Below, in pieces: positions 13,363-27,900 of a stretch of 64,000 nucleotides of DNA (its first letter is position 1; every line of letters starts with the position of its first letter). The stretch comes from Ophelia neglecta. Taxonomy: Eukaryota. The notes below the pieces were generated by a model. The model searched no databases. It was not told where the DNA came from and saw only the letters and a list, made by a program, of their open reading frames with translations. The stretch is from positions 25,730,001-25,794,000 of the forward strand of contig OZ260664.1 of assembly GCA_965285935.1 (NCBI GenBank), written 5' to 3'. The translations under genes were made by a program, and so were the position numbers.

Positions 13363-15929
13363 GTACAGTTTTAGGGTAATTAACTACCCTATTTCATTCT
13401 ACCATTCATAAATAATTGCTCCAGTTCCAAGAGAACACCTGGATGAATGTGAAATGGAAGACCAACAGTTTTTTCCTTGCCCATCAATTTATTATGTATA
13501 GCTTTTCATTGTGTATGGTGTCCGACGGGCTTCATTTGTCCCGTAATAAAAACTGACGTTTGCAGTTTTTCTTTTCTATGTGTTTTAGTAGCTAGAATAT
13601 AACAAAGTCTGGTCTTTGATTGTGTTTGAACAGTATTCGGAATAGAATATGGCCGCCAGGTGCACGACACCATTTTATTTTTTCGGGCACTAAAAGGAAA
13701 ACGCTTGCACTTTTCTTTATTCTGTTTTGGACAGCTAGAATATGCTATACTATGGTCCTGGACTATTTCTTAGCAACCTCCGAGAATCAGTTGCATTGGC
13801 AACGAAATAAGAACATGGTTGAATCGATACCCGGTTTAACTTCCTTGATATGATGCTGTGACCTTAAATTAATATTGAGTAGGTATAGTAAGGTCATGCG
13901 AATTCAGTATTTTGGTGACGCACAATGCTCTTCAAGAAAAAAACTGACTGGTGATGTCATTGGCAAAAACTCCCGACCTATTAAGTTGCCTTGGCAATGG
14001 AACCCGTATACAACTCTCAGTTTTAGACGGAGTATATTTCACAGGGTTGCCCTGTCTCTTTCTGTATCCCTTAGCACTATCCGACTGTCACACGTTTCAG
14101 AACAGTGTGTAATGAAATCAATTAAACCAACACTATATATATTGAAATATCAACTTCTTTCGTTTATGAGTTGCAAGCTAATAAATAAAGAGAGTCGTAA
14201 TCATCTATCCTTGTGACTTAAATCCTTATTTAATGCGCACATGTGACACATTTTAAGATAGTGATAAGGCATTTCCTAATAAAAAAATGTCATTTTTTAT
14301 TAATTACCTTGTACTCCCGAGTATTAGACCATGCCCTTGATTGAAAAAGGGAGTCATTTAGGGATGTAACAATGAACAAACATTAATCGAGGAAAATCCA
14401 TTTATTTTTTCTATATGCCCAGTTTAATAGCCATAAGCAGGTCAGAACTCGAACAGCCCACTAATCTAAGTCAATGATTGTTAGCCCAGTTTTAGACATG
14501 CAATCAGTACAAGCCTTTTTAGTATTATTGCTTCCAACATTGGCACTAACGGAAAAAATTAGGCACTTCAGTGTAGATTTTATGATGCGATAGCATGACA
14601 CATCTAGAGACAAAATCTGAGCGGAGCAGTCCTAATTGTGGCCAGCATTTTACTCTCCGAGAGGAAGAAGTCATATCTGGGACTAGTATATTGAAGTCCC
14701 AGGTCATATATTATCATTTCGAGGCACTTCAGTGCCCGGCCAAAGTTTGTTGAAATGATCATGCGACGATGTCATTTATCATTTGTGTAGACAAAGTTAT
14801 ATCAGGAAGTGAACTCCGGCAGTCAGATCTTTTCATCTCCTCACACGGCTGGGGCACTAACTCAATTTTTTGTCTTTTCTATAAGATGAGATCCGAGAAT
14901 CCCCATGATTTGAAATAAGAAACCTGGCCATGAAAACCTGCCTTAACGTAATGAGCGCGCTATACGGTACTTTATCATATTGCGTTTATGTATCATTTAC
15001 AAATATTTATACGGATATATACAAAAAGACTGGCTGAAATATAACAGGCCCATAAATAAACGCAAAATGTACTTATACAAATAGATCTATCTCATATAAA
15101 AGGTGCCTGCAATGCATAAATAATTCAATAGCACTTTTTGCGATGGGCTATATTAAATTACTTCTCCGAAGAGATCGATGCTTCTGTGCAATTCAGGGGG
15201 TCGAAGATTAATTCCAAAAACTTTAACTTGCACAATATTACAGTCAGGAAATATCAATTTTTCCAAACTTGAGAAAAGAAACTTCTTTTGAGAAAAGAAA
15301 ACAAAAACACAAGCATTTGTTAGGAATTTTGCTGACTTCATTTAGCCGCGTTTAACCGTAGCTGGAATATGATTGGGACTGGTCAGATTTTATTCTGGGG
15401 GCACTTAGTAAGTCTTTAATCGCGACAATGGAGGGGGGCCTCTCTCATGAGCCGGAATTACACGGGACTAATAATACCCTCCCCACCCCACCCCACCCCA
15501 CCCCCCTCAGCCACAGAAGCAGCCAACCCCATTTCATTCAAGCGACGTGCCCATGAGAACCGCGTCTGTTAAGAACAACTCACACACTCATCAGGAAGCA
15601 TGCGTTTCAGAAGGAAACTGCGCAAAGAACAATCATACTTTAAAGAGCATGTTCCCAAGGAATGAGTATTAAATAACAAAAAGTGGCATGGTTGGGTTCC
15701 GAATGTGTCGCGCTCAACTGGGTCGCTCCAAAGGACGCGGGTTCGGAGGGAATTGTAGTCCAGAGAAAGCCTTTTCAAAAGAAATCTTCCTCCGTGTAGG
15801 GAACGTCAGAACATTTATATTATATAATGCCAACAATGCCTATATTCTCTACGTTATTCCCTCAAACACCAAGAGCAGACTCTTGGCATTAGATATACTA
15901 ACTCGTTCTTCTCTATTAGTTTTGCCTGA

Positions 15930-16405
15930 AATGGTTCTGCAGTCTCTTTATAATGGTGAATTTGTACTGGGTGTCTTTCTCAATTTCAGTTAGGGTTTTG
16001 ATAATGTTGCTCATGATATTTTATCAGAAAGATTATACACTTATGGAATTATGTTACCTGTGGCGTGCCCCATGGCCCTGTTTTGGGAACACTTCTGTTA
16101 TTAATTTACATTAATGATTTGGTCAATGTTTCATCAGTTGTACAACTAATTTTGTTGGCTGATGACACTAATATTTTTGATACCGGAAAAAATGTAGATC
16201 TAATGATAAACACTGTGAATGAATAACTAGAGAAAATTGTTGACTGGTTGAATGCAAATGAGCTCTCATTAAATGTTAAAATGACACATTTCATTGTGTT
16301 TTCTTCTGATAATAGATATGCTAGGTCTCTAAATAATATTCTTATTAATGACTGTGCATTTTACTTAGATAGTAATAAGATGTCATGGTGCGAACACATT
16401 AACCA
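15930..16405 (+). mobile_element. Decayed CR1-group LINE RT fragment
   Basis: Translates to GVFLNFS*GFDNVAHDIL...YGI, CGVPHGPVLG.LL.LIYINDL, LLADDTNIF, WLNANELSLNVKMT with stops and deletions. Confidence 0.85.
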
Positions 16406-19076
16406 CTCAGAATATATTTAATCGTGTTAAGTTACAGAAAGGGAAGGATTGTATCAGCTCGTTTTAGAGCACATGCGGCATCTTTGTATGCAGATCTTTT
16501 TTTTTTTATAATCCGTGGTTGATATGACAATATTTTATTTGTCCAAAAAGTAGAAAGAAAAAACTCTTAACAAAAGTAAAAGTTTGAAGTGTCTGGGGAT
16601 GGGTCAACCTACATCTGTGGAATAGACCTAAAAACATAGGCATTGTCTACCGTATCAGACCCATGCGCAAGCGATATCATAGGCCTAAATTAATATTAAG
16701 TAAAATATAAACCTTCTGAAAGCCCATGGGGCTCCAAGTAATTAAATGAATTAGGCAGCTCTACATCCGATCGAATCTCTCGCATCGATTTAATCGAACA
16801 AGCTTAGCTGCCGGTCGTCATCATGTAGATCGATTAGATTTGCAATTGGTTGTCTGAGTTTAGCCGAATTTACGACAGCTTGGGTCTGATACAACTACTA
16901 GTACCATAGTCAGTAATATAACAATATCTTTATTGACAAGCATTTTGGAGATAAAGAAGGGTTGCAAATAGTTTTCGCGCCCCACGCTAGCCCCCTAGGC
17001 CAAATCAATATTCCCTAAACCCTGGTTTTCTTATAAAAAATTACCCATTAGCTGCCACTGCCTATACCCCCCCCCCCCCCCTGGTTCGCATTAAAAGTTC
17101 CTACCCATTTTAGTTGTCATTAAAAACACCCAAAATAATCTCGCCCCCCCCCCCCCCCCCCACCCCCATTCACAAATTTACCAATCCCAGACCCCATCAC
17201 ACGAGACATTCCTAGCACGAGGCCTGTTTATCAAAAGGCCGCTCTCAACCGCGTCCTGCCAGTGTCATTTAGTCAGCGACAAAGGCGAATGGATAGTAGA
17301 TGTTTAAAAAGGCTTAAATCAATTGTAGACTCACTAGATATGTACGGCAGTTACTTTAATGGTTGTAGCAAAGCCAGATGCATTTTATTTCCAATTAAGC
17401 GGTTTGGTGTTCGCCAATGCGTCACCGAAGTCACATAGGCAGGCCATGTACAGGACCATGTTCCGCAGTAAAATCCTTCATGTACCTGTGAGACTACTGA
17501 TCGCTATGGATTATCTCTATCAGTATACTGACCGATACATGATTGACAAATCTACATTATATATGCCAAGTAATGCATGATAAACTTCTGGATGCATCAA
17601 TGTCAAACCTCAAGATTTCTATGTTAAGCCGATGACCATGTTAAGAAGAGGAATGGCTCGAAAAATTTCACCATTTTTTGGACACGAGGCTAAACCGCCG
17701 CCTATGCGAAACGATTAGTCAATGATACGAATTAAATGTATACGAGACTGTTGAAGCTTAAAAGCAGGCTGCAAGAAACAGAAATTGAGTTGGCAGAAGT
17801 GAAACGGAAATTCTCTTGGTTGAATGTATTTCCTGCAGGAACTAAAAACACCATTAAGTGGCAAAGAGAATTGACTAGATGATACGTAAGGGGTCACGAT
17901 GAAAAGGGACCACAATTTTAATTTTTCCAGCGATCCTCTGAGCAAAAGAAAGAGGTGTAAAGAAGTATGAAAGAAGTTTAACCTTTACGCCTTGTTCAGT
18001 GTTTCTTTTTTACCTGGCAATATCTTTGGCGAAAATGGATTTATACTACCGTCATATGAAGTCAGGAAATATGTGAGTTGGCCTTTATATACTGTCACTG
18101 GAACGTGTGGTAAATAACTGTTCACATCAAGCATGGAATTTATCAAAAAATGATTATTCATTCCACAGTGTTCTGCATAAACTTCGGCATCTAGGCCTAT
18201 ACCAGGCGAACATTAATACTGATTCATTTATCAGATATATCCTCGTAGACCTACTTTTTCATAACGACAAGATGCTGACAAATTCTTTGATCGCTGCAAA
18301 TTATTTTAATACTATTTACAGCTATTGTCATCTTGAAAAATTTCCTTCATTATTATCAAGACACAGAGCAACCGAATTTGGCTTCTTCGTCCATTCATGG
18401 AAGTGTGAAAATGACTTCAGTTTAAAGAGACCCTGGAATCAAAGTTTGGCGCTTATTCAATGTGTTTCAACAATGAAACTAGTTTGATAGCATTGTCTGT
18501 CATTGTCAAGACGGTCCAAAATACATCAAGGTGCATTGGTGGCAAATTGAAACGATCTGCTTGTTCAATTCCATTCAAAAGGAGATGATAAAATGTCTGC
18601 TACGAGGTATCTTGAGCTCCCCTGTTACCCATGGCGCTCGTTTCGCCGGTCGTATAGAGAGTCTGTTTTGTCAGAGTCTCAATTACTACCATGCCTTCGA
18701 CATCTACAGTCATGTGACAATTGTACGAGAAATAACAGTATGTCGTGTGGCATGTGGAAGAACTGTTTGTCGTATGGCAATACCTTTTCGCGAATTGTAC
18801 CAGGTCAGCAAGGTTGTCGCTTGTCATTCCACCACCCATCAGCAGCCGACAGTAGCCGGCAAGGCGGCATCCCTACATAAATCGTCAGAGCCTCAACATC
18901 ACCGCACCATTTAAGACGACGCGCCGAACACTATTCCCATGGGATATGGGGCTTTGACATTTTTCAACGATCGAGGGCAATCCTTATCCTTCGAATTCTA
19001 GCCTTACCATGTGTGAACAATCTTTAGCCTTGTTTATATTGCTTACCTTGCGCTTTTGTTTTTGTTTTAATCATAG

Positions 19077-19201
19077 CCAAATTCTGACATCTGTTGGAAA
19101 TGTGACGGCTCAGGAGAAGAAAGAAATGGCCAAGAACACTACACAACTACTAGACCAGCTGCTTTTGGGCTATGACAAGCGGCTCCGACCCGGCTTTGGA
19201 G
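19077..19201 (+). CDS. Grd: Grd coding exon 2 (SQILTSVGNVTAQEKKEMAKNTTQLLDQLLLGYDKRLRPGFGG)
   Basis: Acceptor ttttaatcatag|, donor G|gtgagt; canonical LD.LL.GYD.RLRP N-terminal helix motif of GABA-A-type subunits. Confidence 0.92.
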
Positions 19202-19596
19202 GTGAGTCGCCTAGCCGAGTCTTCTTAAAACTATCTTAATGTTGGCGGAACTCATCTGCTGCTCAATATTAATAATAATGATACATTGGACTACTTGTAC
19301 TGTTACTGGTGTTTTTCTCCGTTTGGTCGCAGTTTAAAACTAATGATAAACGCGGTATTATGACATCTTTAGTAGCCCATTTTGAAGAGCAGCGTGATAA
19401 ATTTATAGAAAAAAAATACTTATTGTCGCAATGAGACTGATTATCGGTGGGTTGTGATAATTTTCCAATGGGACTCAGGTTTGATAGTCAGCAGTCATGT
19501 ACACTTTATGATTTCTAATTAAGCCTTTTTCACTTTGGTAAGTTTCCGAAACGAAAAAATATGAACAGGTGAAATACTTGGGAGTTCTGTTGCTTA

Positions 19597-19987
19597 GGGA
19601 GCGTTCATTATTTATGGCCGGGGGGGGGGGGGGTGGTAAATTTTTGAAATGAGTACGTCAAAAAAAAATTGCCCCCCCCCCTGGAAATAGGTGGGAAAAA
19701 AATTGCCCCCCCCCCCTCAGAAATAGGTGGAAAAAAATTGCCCCCCCCCCCCCATCAAAGACAGAATTTGGCTAAGTTTTATCAGTTTCACTACACACTT
19801 TTGTACAATATATATTTCTAAATAAAATTGCGCACCCTGTGAATAGACTAAAAAAAAACTGTCCCCCCCCATGGAAATGGGTTGAAAAAAAACCGTCCCC
19901 CCCATGGAAATGGGTTGAAAAAAAACTGTCCCCCCCCCAAATTTACCACCCCCCCCCCCCCCCCGGCCATAAATAATGAACGCTCCC
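19597..19987. mobile_element. MITE, PIF/Harbinger-like
   Basis: About 45-bp TIR GGGAGCGTTCATTATTTATGGCCG(G)nTGGTAAATTT, near perfect; TTA on both sides (19594-19596, 19988-19990); internal repeats of aaaaaattgccccccc and catggaaatgggttgaaaaaa. Confidence 0.88.
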
Positions 19988-20332
19988 TTAGCAAGGCATA
20001 TCTACCGGAGCTATTCATCAGTTATTTTCGGTACTCATATTGTTGCTGCAGGAATCACAGTTAATCATTGAATGTTGATCTTATAGCAATAATTTGTACT
20101 TTGATCAAAGCCAATCAAAATATCTGGTTTTCTTGCACTGAAACCAGTCCCCACAAATATAACATCGGCATAATTGATGCATGCCCATTCTAAAGAAGTA
20201 TACATACCATGATAAACTTAATATCCAGGAAACAGGTAAAGAAGTCCCGAGGTCGAGTAAGTTTGCATCGAAACGACGTATTGGGCCCTATATAAGTTAT
20301 CTGGTTGACATCATTATACTCAGGAATTTCCA

Positions 20333-20418
20333 GGGGGGGGGGGCACTCCATGTGGAGGAATTAAAAATGGGGGGGGGGCACTCCATGTGGAGGAATTGAA
20401 AAGCGGGGGGGGGGGGCA
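20333..20418. repeat. Tandem repeat (G)n-cactccatgtggaggaatt, two copies
   Basis: Seen directly in sequence. Confidence 0.75.
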
Positions 20419-23400
20419 GAAATTACTTACACACGTCAAGTTGTCTTTGTTTAGGGCGCCTGTTGGGGATAGGAGGGGGGGGGGGGGCAGGCTCCCTGCC
20501 TAGAGGCAGAATAAGGAACAATATCAGGGAAAGAGGACAACAGCTAGGATAGTATAAGAGAAAAAGGTGTCCTTGTTTTACTATAGTCACCATGACTTCA
20601 ATTCCGTTACCTCAAGAAATGTGTAAACAATAGTCACCAACATTGAAGGTGTGCGTCAAATGGTGTGATTGACCGATTGTCACATGCTTCATTGACATTC
20701 ATAATTTTTATTTCCTAAGTGGACAAGTAGACACAAATCATCACTAGCAATGCGACAGCAGTGGTCGATACAATATATTATATGCCGAAAGACCTGTAGC
20801 ACTAAAACTTTAGAAGCTAGCCAGGCTTTGGAATTTAAACTTTGTCGTTTTGAACACGCTTGGTATTAGAAAGACTGAAGTTTATGAGTACATTATGATC
20901 TTCGAGGGGACCTATATTCGTCCCCAAGACCTCTTTCCTCTTCTTTCAGGCACGGGGTTAACCAGTCAAACTTTGAGCACAAGTTTCTTTTGCACACCCG
21001 CCTTAAAATTCTATCATCCTGCACGAAAATAATACATGTAAATGCGATTTGTGTCGGCTGTGAAATATTTTTGACAGCCGGTATTCATTTAATTGGCAAC
21101 TTTTCATACACTATCAATACCATCGGCGGTGGGAAATTATAGAAGTTTACACGCCATAATTACACAAGAGTGTAAGATGTAATGAAAAGTCTGGAAGTCT
21201 TCTGATGTATAGCCAGCATATGGAAGGCCAATGAATTTGTAGTGAAAACAATGATTTATTTACGTTGGGAATTGGGTTCTAAACAGATTAAACGTGTAAA
21301 TCGTGTCAGCTTTGATATAATAGGCAAATTGTGCAGTATATTTACAACAAGTTTTAACTCTACGCAAAAATTTGTGTCTAAAATAAAACAAAATGAATAA
21401 ATTGAGAAAAATCCTTCGCATACGTTCTTCCCATGAAATGCAAATCATGGGTAGTTTTCACAGACATTTCTACCTCTTTTCTTAACCAGTATTTGATTGT
21501 CTTTTTATGAAGGAACAGGCTTTAAATAAATTAACTGTTGCTGAGGAGAAATTGTCACGGACTGTAGATTAGTCATATTTTAGGCCTGCTTGTCTAATGG
21601 GTGCTTAGACCTATACATGGTTTGTTGCTTTATCGGCAAAGCTTAAAATAGATGAAATAACATTGTGGCGGATGAATTCTTGTTGCGTTATCAGTCCACT
21701 GCAAGAAGCAAGTAGGTCCAATTCAAATTCCAAGGAAATTAGCTCTATTTCCCGATTTACTGCCTTCTGAACAAATTGAGGAATCTCCAGCGAGAATTGG
21801 CCAGCAATCAATTGCTAAGTCGTCTCAGGTCCTAACGGAATTAAAGGAATCAAATTAGAAGGTGATAGTTTGTCATGTTATGTCTAGTCATTTAGTCTCA
21901 GTTTGTGCCTTCATGTTATGAAACAAGTTCGATATCTTCAATATTTTGAGACAAAAAGCCTTTTTTTCAAAAAGGATATAATTATTAATATAGAATTTAT
22001 TATCGAATCAGAAAACTGCTATATATGGTGCATAATAAAATCGAGCTTAAAACATCAAAAAACCCTATGTGTGTCATGACATCTATGTCAGATCTATAGC
22101 TTATAAATATTAAGAATTATACAAGGGAAAACATTAAACGACTAGACTTAAATGTGACAGAGCCAGTGATTCTTAAACCCTTCGCCAATGAATATCTAAT
22201 GGCGTACTGTTCTAATGGATAGAGACCGGTGGTGGAAAACGACCTCTGCGTGATCAGTGCATGAGTTGAACCCTTGGTACAGCCTACAGCTCTTTGGGGC
22301 ATGGATGAGCGAATCTTCCGTGATGGGTAATAATTAGTTTTTCATTTAGATTTAGTTATATAATATGATGGCCTGACTTACCTAAAACTGATCTTGAATT
22401 GGCTAATCCCTGATTCTTGTAACAGTTCTTATCATGTTCACCTTTGCTACAAAAAAACACATAGGTGATGAAGCCCTCAAGGGGTTTGAACTTATGTGAA
22501 TCGTTACAACTCGTTACTTTTTGTGAAATGCGGAAGGAAAATAACTTAAGTTAATATCTATTGGTTTAATCAAGGTTTATCTAGCGGGAACAACCTTTCT
22601 CCGGGCCGCATAACCATTCAGTTGAACAGAAGCCCAACGCCTGCGTAGGGACTGCACGTGCGGTTTGACATGATCACGTCAGAAAGCGGAAGTCGAGCTT
22701 CCGTGAAGCATGGCAAGAACCAATTTTACCAACATTTGTCATGAAACGAAAACCATATTCTTCGGGAGTAGAAAACCAGTAGAATTTAAAACAAGTAACT
22801 TAACAATGCTATAACGAAAATCAGAGAGGAACTGATGTTTCTATTTAAGTTATATGTGGAAAGTCGCTTAATCAATTGACAAAAGAATCAAGATGCTGGA
22901 ACATGGATTTTTATGCATTAATAAAAGGGATAGTGTTGAAGCTAATTACAGGTTACTTAGTTTATGCCGAGTATACGTTATAGCAGAATGCCATTGCTGC
23001 GGGTTTTTTTTAGTGAAGCTGCATTTTCTTGTATTCATTTTCCTTGTATTCATTTGTGTATTTTGCCTATAGATTTATCTTTCTAGTTCTTTAATCCAGC
23101 GGTTGTGCCATTGTGTTGTTCAAACAAGAAATTCAATGAGGAGGCTGACATGTGTGAAGGGTGCAATTTTTATTAAATGGGCCTAAGTTAAAACTATCTT
23201 TTGTCTACAATTAGACAACAAGTATTTTTCTCGATATGGCGGACCTTGAAGACAATATTGATATTCTCACTTGTCCGTGTATATCTAGCCCCAAGACATT
23301 CATCTGAACCACGAATAAATCTGTTCTTCGTTGTAACTTACTAGTTTCAAAATTGTCTGTCTAGGGAACAGCAATATTCTTCATTTGGCAATTTATGAGG

Positions 23401-26400
23401 CATTGTCCCTTTTCTACACATAGTCTCCTGATTTCACGATAAAGATCATCGATTGCTGTTGCGGTCGAGGGATCAACGTGACTTTATTTGCACTCACCAG
23501 GGCCAACAGCATGTTATCCATGTTGTGAAGACGTCCCATAGTACTTACTGTGCCCAGAACAGGGCCGGTAAGTTGATTTGTGGGGCTTGTAACTGCAATA
23601 AATGCCAATGACATCGGCGGAAACTAAAAGATACTTGCATATTAAAACAAAACAGAATTCTTTAATGTTCACCTAAATCAAACCCATTTCTTTAAAAACG
23701 TGTCTGCTGCATCCCGATAGAGAACTGAAGTCACGCGTTTTTCTTTAGATATTTACTTTAATTATGATAAAGGTGGAAATTTCGTTCCATGAATTTACCA
23801 ACATATCCTTATACCGTTTAACTTTACTGTGCTTTATTTCCGCCTGTACCCGTCTTGTAGGACCAACTGTAGATCAAGGTGTCATTCCAAGAACTTGGAA
23901 TATATATAGTCAGATTTCTTAAACAGGCAAAGCATTAGGCATTGCTTGCTAAATGTACGGCTTTTTCGACTACTATGACAGTGGAGTGAAATGAGATATG
24001 GTCGAGTTATTATACCGATGATGGATGGGTGTCCAAAAATCGTATATCACGGCCAAAAACTTACATTACTTCAGAACCACTTACTAGGCCTATAGCACAT
24101 ACTTTTAGCTTTCCCTTAAAGGTGAACATGATGTGCCCGAACACGAGGAGTGTATAATTTGTAATTGTATGTGTGGGGTACCTTATATAGGTAAAACTCA
24201 CGGGCTTAAACATGCATCTATCAATCCCATCCAATGAGCTATGATCTGTGCATCGACCTAACGTCAACTGTCGAGCCTGCGTCGTGATACTTTACTAAAT
24301 TGGCATAGGCCTACATAGCTTAGAGGCTAGGCCTCGATATTGAACAAAATGATCAAAAACAACATCTTAGTGACCTAATACAGATAGGATTCTAATTTTA
24401 TTCCTTAATGAGTCGTTAGTTAATGATGAACAACTCGACCACTATACGCTCCCTCTGTGCACGAGTAGAAGAAAATTCCAAGGGATATCCAACCTTGTTA
24501 CTAAGCTCATTCAACACTAAAGATTACTCTTAAACATGACAGAAAGGGGCGTATGTACGTTAGAACACTATAGGCATGAAATTGGATTAAGAAGGGGTAT
24601 ATGCCTAAGGCACCTTTGGGAACCCATTGTTTGAAAAAATACTCCATCAAGGTTCGTTTTGCTATCCCTGTGAGTTGCCCAAAATGTGCCATGCATTCTC
24701 CCATATTTTAACTAAAATTTCTATCTAGGCTCTATATGATATCATCCTACAGTTACGTGACCTCATACTATTATAAATGACCCATGGAGCAGTGTTACCG
24801 TTAGAAGCTTTACCAGACTTGATATTGGATCCCAGTCATTGACCTTACATATTACATATTTTGATGTAGGCTTATGGACCCCTAGTCTTCGTATGTAATT
24901 ATGAGTAGGCCTATAACATTAAACGGGTTATAGGTCCCATGCTATTATCTTGGCCAGAGATTAGAGGTCTCACATGCACTTGCATTTCTTGCCTGTTTTT
25001 CGTCATATTTCTATCTATATTAGTCGTTTTTTACCAATTTCATGCCGAAAATCAAAATCAATTCAACTGTTCCAGCTTCCCGTTTAAACATAAAGCCAAA
25101 TAATATATGAAAGTATATGTAAGGTTGGATCAGGCTGCTGTGGTATTAAACTAAATCAATTGTTTTCTTGGCGATAGGCCTATTGCTGACGAAGCAAGGC
25201 CACACCTGTCTTTCAGTAGCCCGTTATTTAGAGGGCTTTATATTTGCCAATACCAATGATCCCTATAAAGGGGTCGCAGGGCAAACAGTAATGATAACTG
25301 CACTCTATTGATAGCAGACTAAGCTGCTGGCATTGAGCCCACGGCTTCCTGGACGGAATAAATATGTTTATTAGAACAATTTCAAGTGTTGCTGACATGA
25401 TTAATTGCTCCTGAAGGCGGCATGGTGGGTCATTTTCTTCTCAAGTCTTCTCAAAACTGATCGGAGAACGAAGTCTTTTCTTTGGTTCTTGTACTGTGTG
25501 GTTCTAATATTACTCGTCTTCATAGCAGTATTCTCTAAAGTTTGTTTTTATAGAACTGTCAGGCAGTCGAGCCCGTTGGTTTAATTATAAAAAAAATGCC
25601 CGAGGTAGGCTCTATAATAAACTTGTTCCTTGGTCTGTACTATAATGGGGGCCGCAACTCGCACAGAGGGCCTGATACATTCAGGAATTCACTTCCCTAG
25701 TAGGTTTATGGGCATATCATAGCCCTGCCATATTCTCCACTGCATGTAAAGAAGCTACATTCTTTAATTCAATGTTCAGACACATTTCCGCCCATGCAGT
25801 CATTATAGAGAACACAAAAATCGGTGCATTTCTTCAGAATTTCACTTATTGTCTCAGTCTCAAAAGCTCATCAATGAAAACCTATTGAAAACAAACTAAA
25901 TTTTCAGTTTTGTGAGCTGAATATTTCACTTTATGGGAATAATGTTACCATGCACTTACAAATATGTGTGTAAATTTTATAAGGTATTTATGGATAGGTT
26001 TTTACTTAGTCTCGACCTCCAATGTTGCGATGCGTTTTGATCTGTTAAACACCAGTTTCTGCATTCACAATTCGACTATTTAACCAGTCTGTTTTCGTCA
26101 ATGGATTTATTTTAATTGAACTTATTCATTACATTGAGCGTTGCTATGTGTCTTCGTTTACCAAATGTACCATGAACACATTTCCTATAGAATTGGAATG
26201 TAGCTTACTCATTCTATGCGGGGAATTACATGGCAAATCTTCTCGGATTAAGAGGACGTATATATGATTATACAGCTCATCAAAAACCGGTGTGAACAGG
26301 GTAGTTTAAGAGGGATTTAGAGGAATCGCTGTGCTTCACGTCTATAAGATGACGCCAAGCGATATAAGAGGGCTTTGGATTTTTTTCATTGATCATATTT

Positions 26401-26765
26401 GCAAAAATTCGCGGAATCTCGCTAGATTTGTAGCAATACAAAGATGAAAGCGAACGGTTTAATATGGGATTGGCCTGTAACAATATAGCTATAGGCTTGT
26501 AGGAATAAATTTCAGCAGGAATACCGCAGAAAGTCTTGGGGTATATTGTGTCACATTTAGTTGCAAAAAGTACACGAGGATGAGAAGAGTTCATCGAGGA
26601 CCTATTGACCTGCATTACCTAAATGTAATATTCTGCCATTTCTGTTATAGATGGAGAAAAAAAAATGCTCATTCGGTTTAGAAACCCCATTAAAATTGAA
26701 TTATTTAAGCTTGTGGATGTTTTAGGTAGTTTTCTACTCAAAGAACGACCTACTTGATATTGCAG

Positions 26766-26833
26766 GGCCCGCCACGGTGGTAGACGTCAATCTTAATATC
26801 AGGAGTATGGGTCCAATCTCTGAGATAGACATG
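26766..26833 (+). CDS. Grd: Grd coding exon 3 (GPATVVDVNLNIRSMGPISEIDM)
   Basis: tgcag| acceptor and |gtgagt donor; 68-nt exon with the SMGPISEIDM motif typical of GABA-A-family genes. Too short for the ORF track. Confidence 0.92.
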
Positions 26834-27900
26834 GTGAGTAAAATGCCCCATTCATGACAGCTTCTTGCATGTAAACTGTGTCATAAGGAAGATTTATGAA
26901 AGCTTTGACAGTTTGTTTCTAGAATGTATAATTTCCCATTTTCCTAGAAAATTAAGGATAAATTGCTGTCGGTGATTCTCGTCAATAAAATGTCAAACTA
27001 TAGGTAGTGGCTGCTCTAGTTTTCTGTGACTGCAAAATGCGGAAATTACTCCTATAAAGCCTATGGTCGAACGGGTAAGGGAGAACAACAGCAAATTTTA
27101 TCAGCGTCATATTGGTCTTCATGAAAAACTATGCCGAGGGTTACACGTCATAATTATGTAGGCCTTAATATGCCTAGTGTAATAGTAACTCCTGGGGCTT
27201 TTCAATACTCTTACATGACAAACCAACTTATCATTATTTTGCATAAATCTTATGTTTTTCTTTACTTTATCGCCAGATGTATCAACGCATTGTAAATGAT
27301 ACCCGTTTTTGTGAGATGTAAATAGGCAGTTCCACATTTCCTCGTGATAACTGGTATCGCACTCATGTTTATCTAACTTAAATATTTATTTATGTCTAAT
27401 CAACGTGCAGCTATTATAAATTTTCTTACATGAGTATAGGAGTAAGTTAAGTTAGTAATTTATCTTCTAAAAATACCACCCATTGCCGTTTTTCGACAAA
27501 CCGTTCCATCATGGACGACTAGAAATTTGTCTAGAATGACAGCTATGGTGTTGTCTTACGATTAGATGGAGCTCGGTTTTACTTTTCCATTTAATCATGA
27601 AATTACTCTGGATGAAGCTTAGTTCTATTTTATGGAGAATCCACTGATTAAAAAGCTAACTCCATAACGCGACTGTGGAATGAAGACTTTTCGAATTATC
27701 ATTTTATTGTCATTAATCAATTGATTAATCACGCTGCTGTAGGCTTAATGCATTAATTTTTTGTCATTCTACCCCAATTTAGTGATTTAATAAATGAGAT
27801 ATATTAAATACGATTCAGCCACGTCTATGACAAAATGAACTGCACAAGATATTCTCCGTTATGTCATGGTCATCAACCAAGTCGATCATCATCGAACTAA

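Noticed and set aside
17700-18914. Cluster of moderately long ORFs that looks like decayed coding sequence
   Set aside because: No recognisable motif; cannot be assigned without a database search.
22620-22720. Promoter-like cluster (CACGTG, CGGAAGT, CACGTCA) inside intron 2; a similar cluster at 7385-7505
   Set aside because: Short motifs only, no linked transcript evidence; may be transposon-derived.
23424-23567. Exon-like segment with acceptor (tttctacacatag) and donor (gtaagt) in Grd intron 2
   Set aside because: Stops in all three frames and no receptor similarity; exons 2 and 3 join without it.
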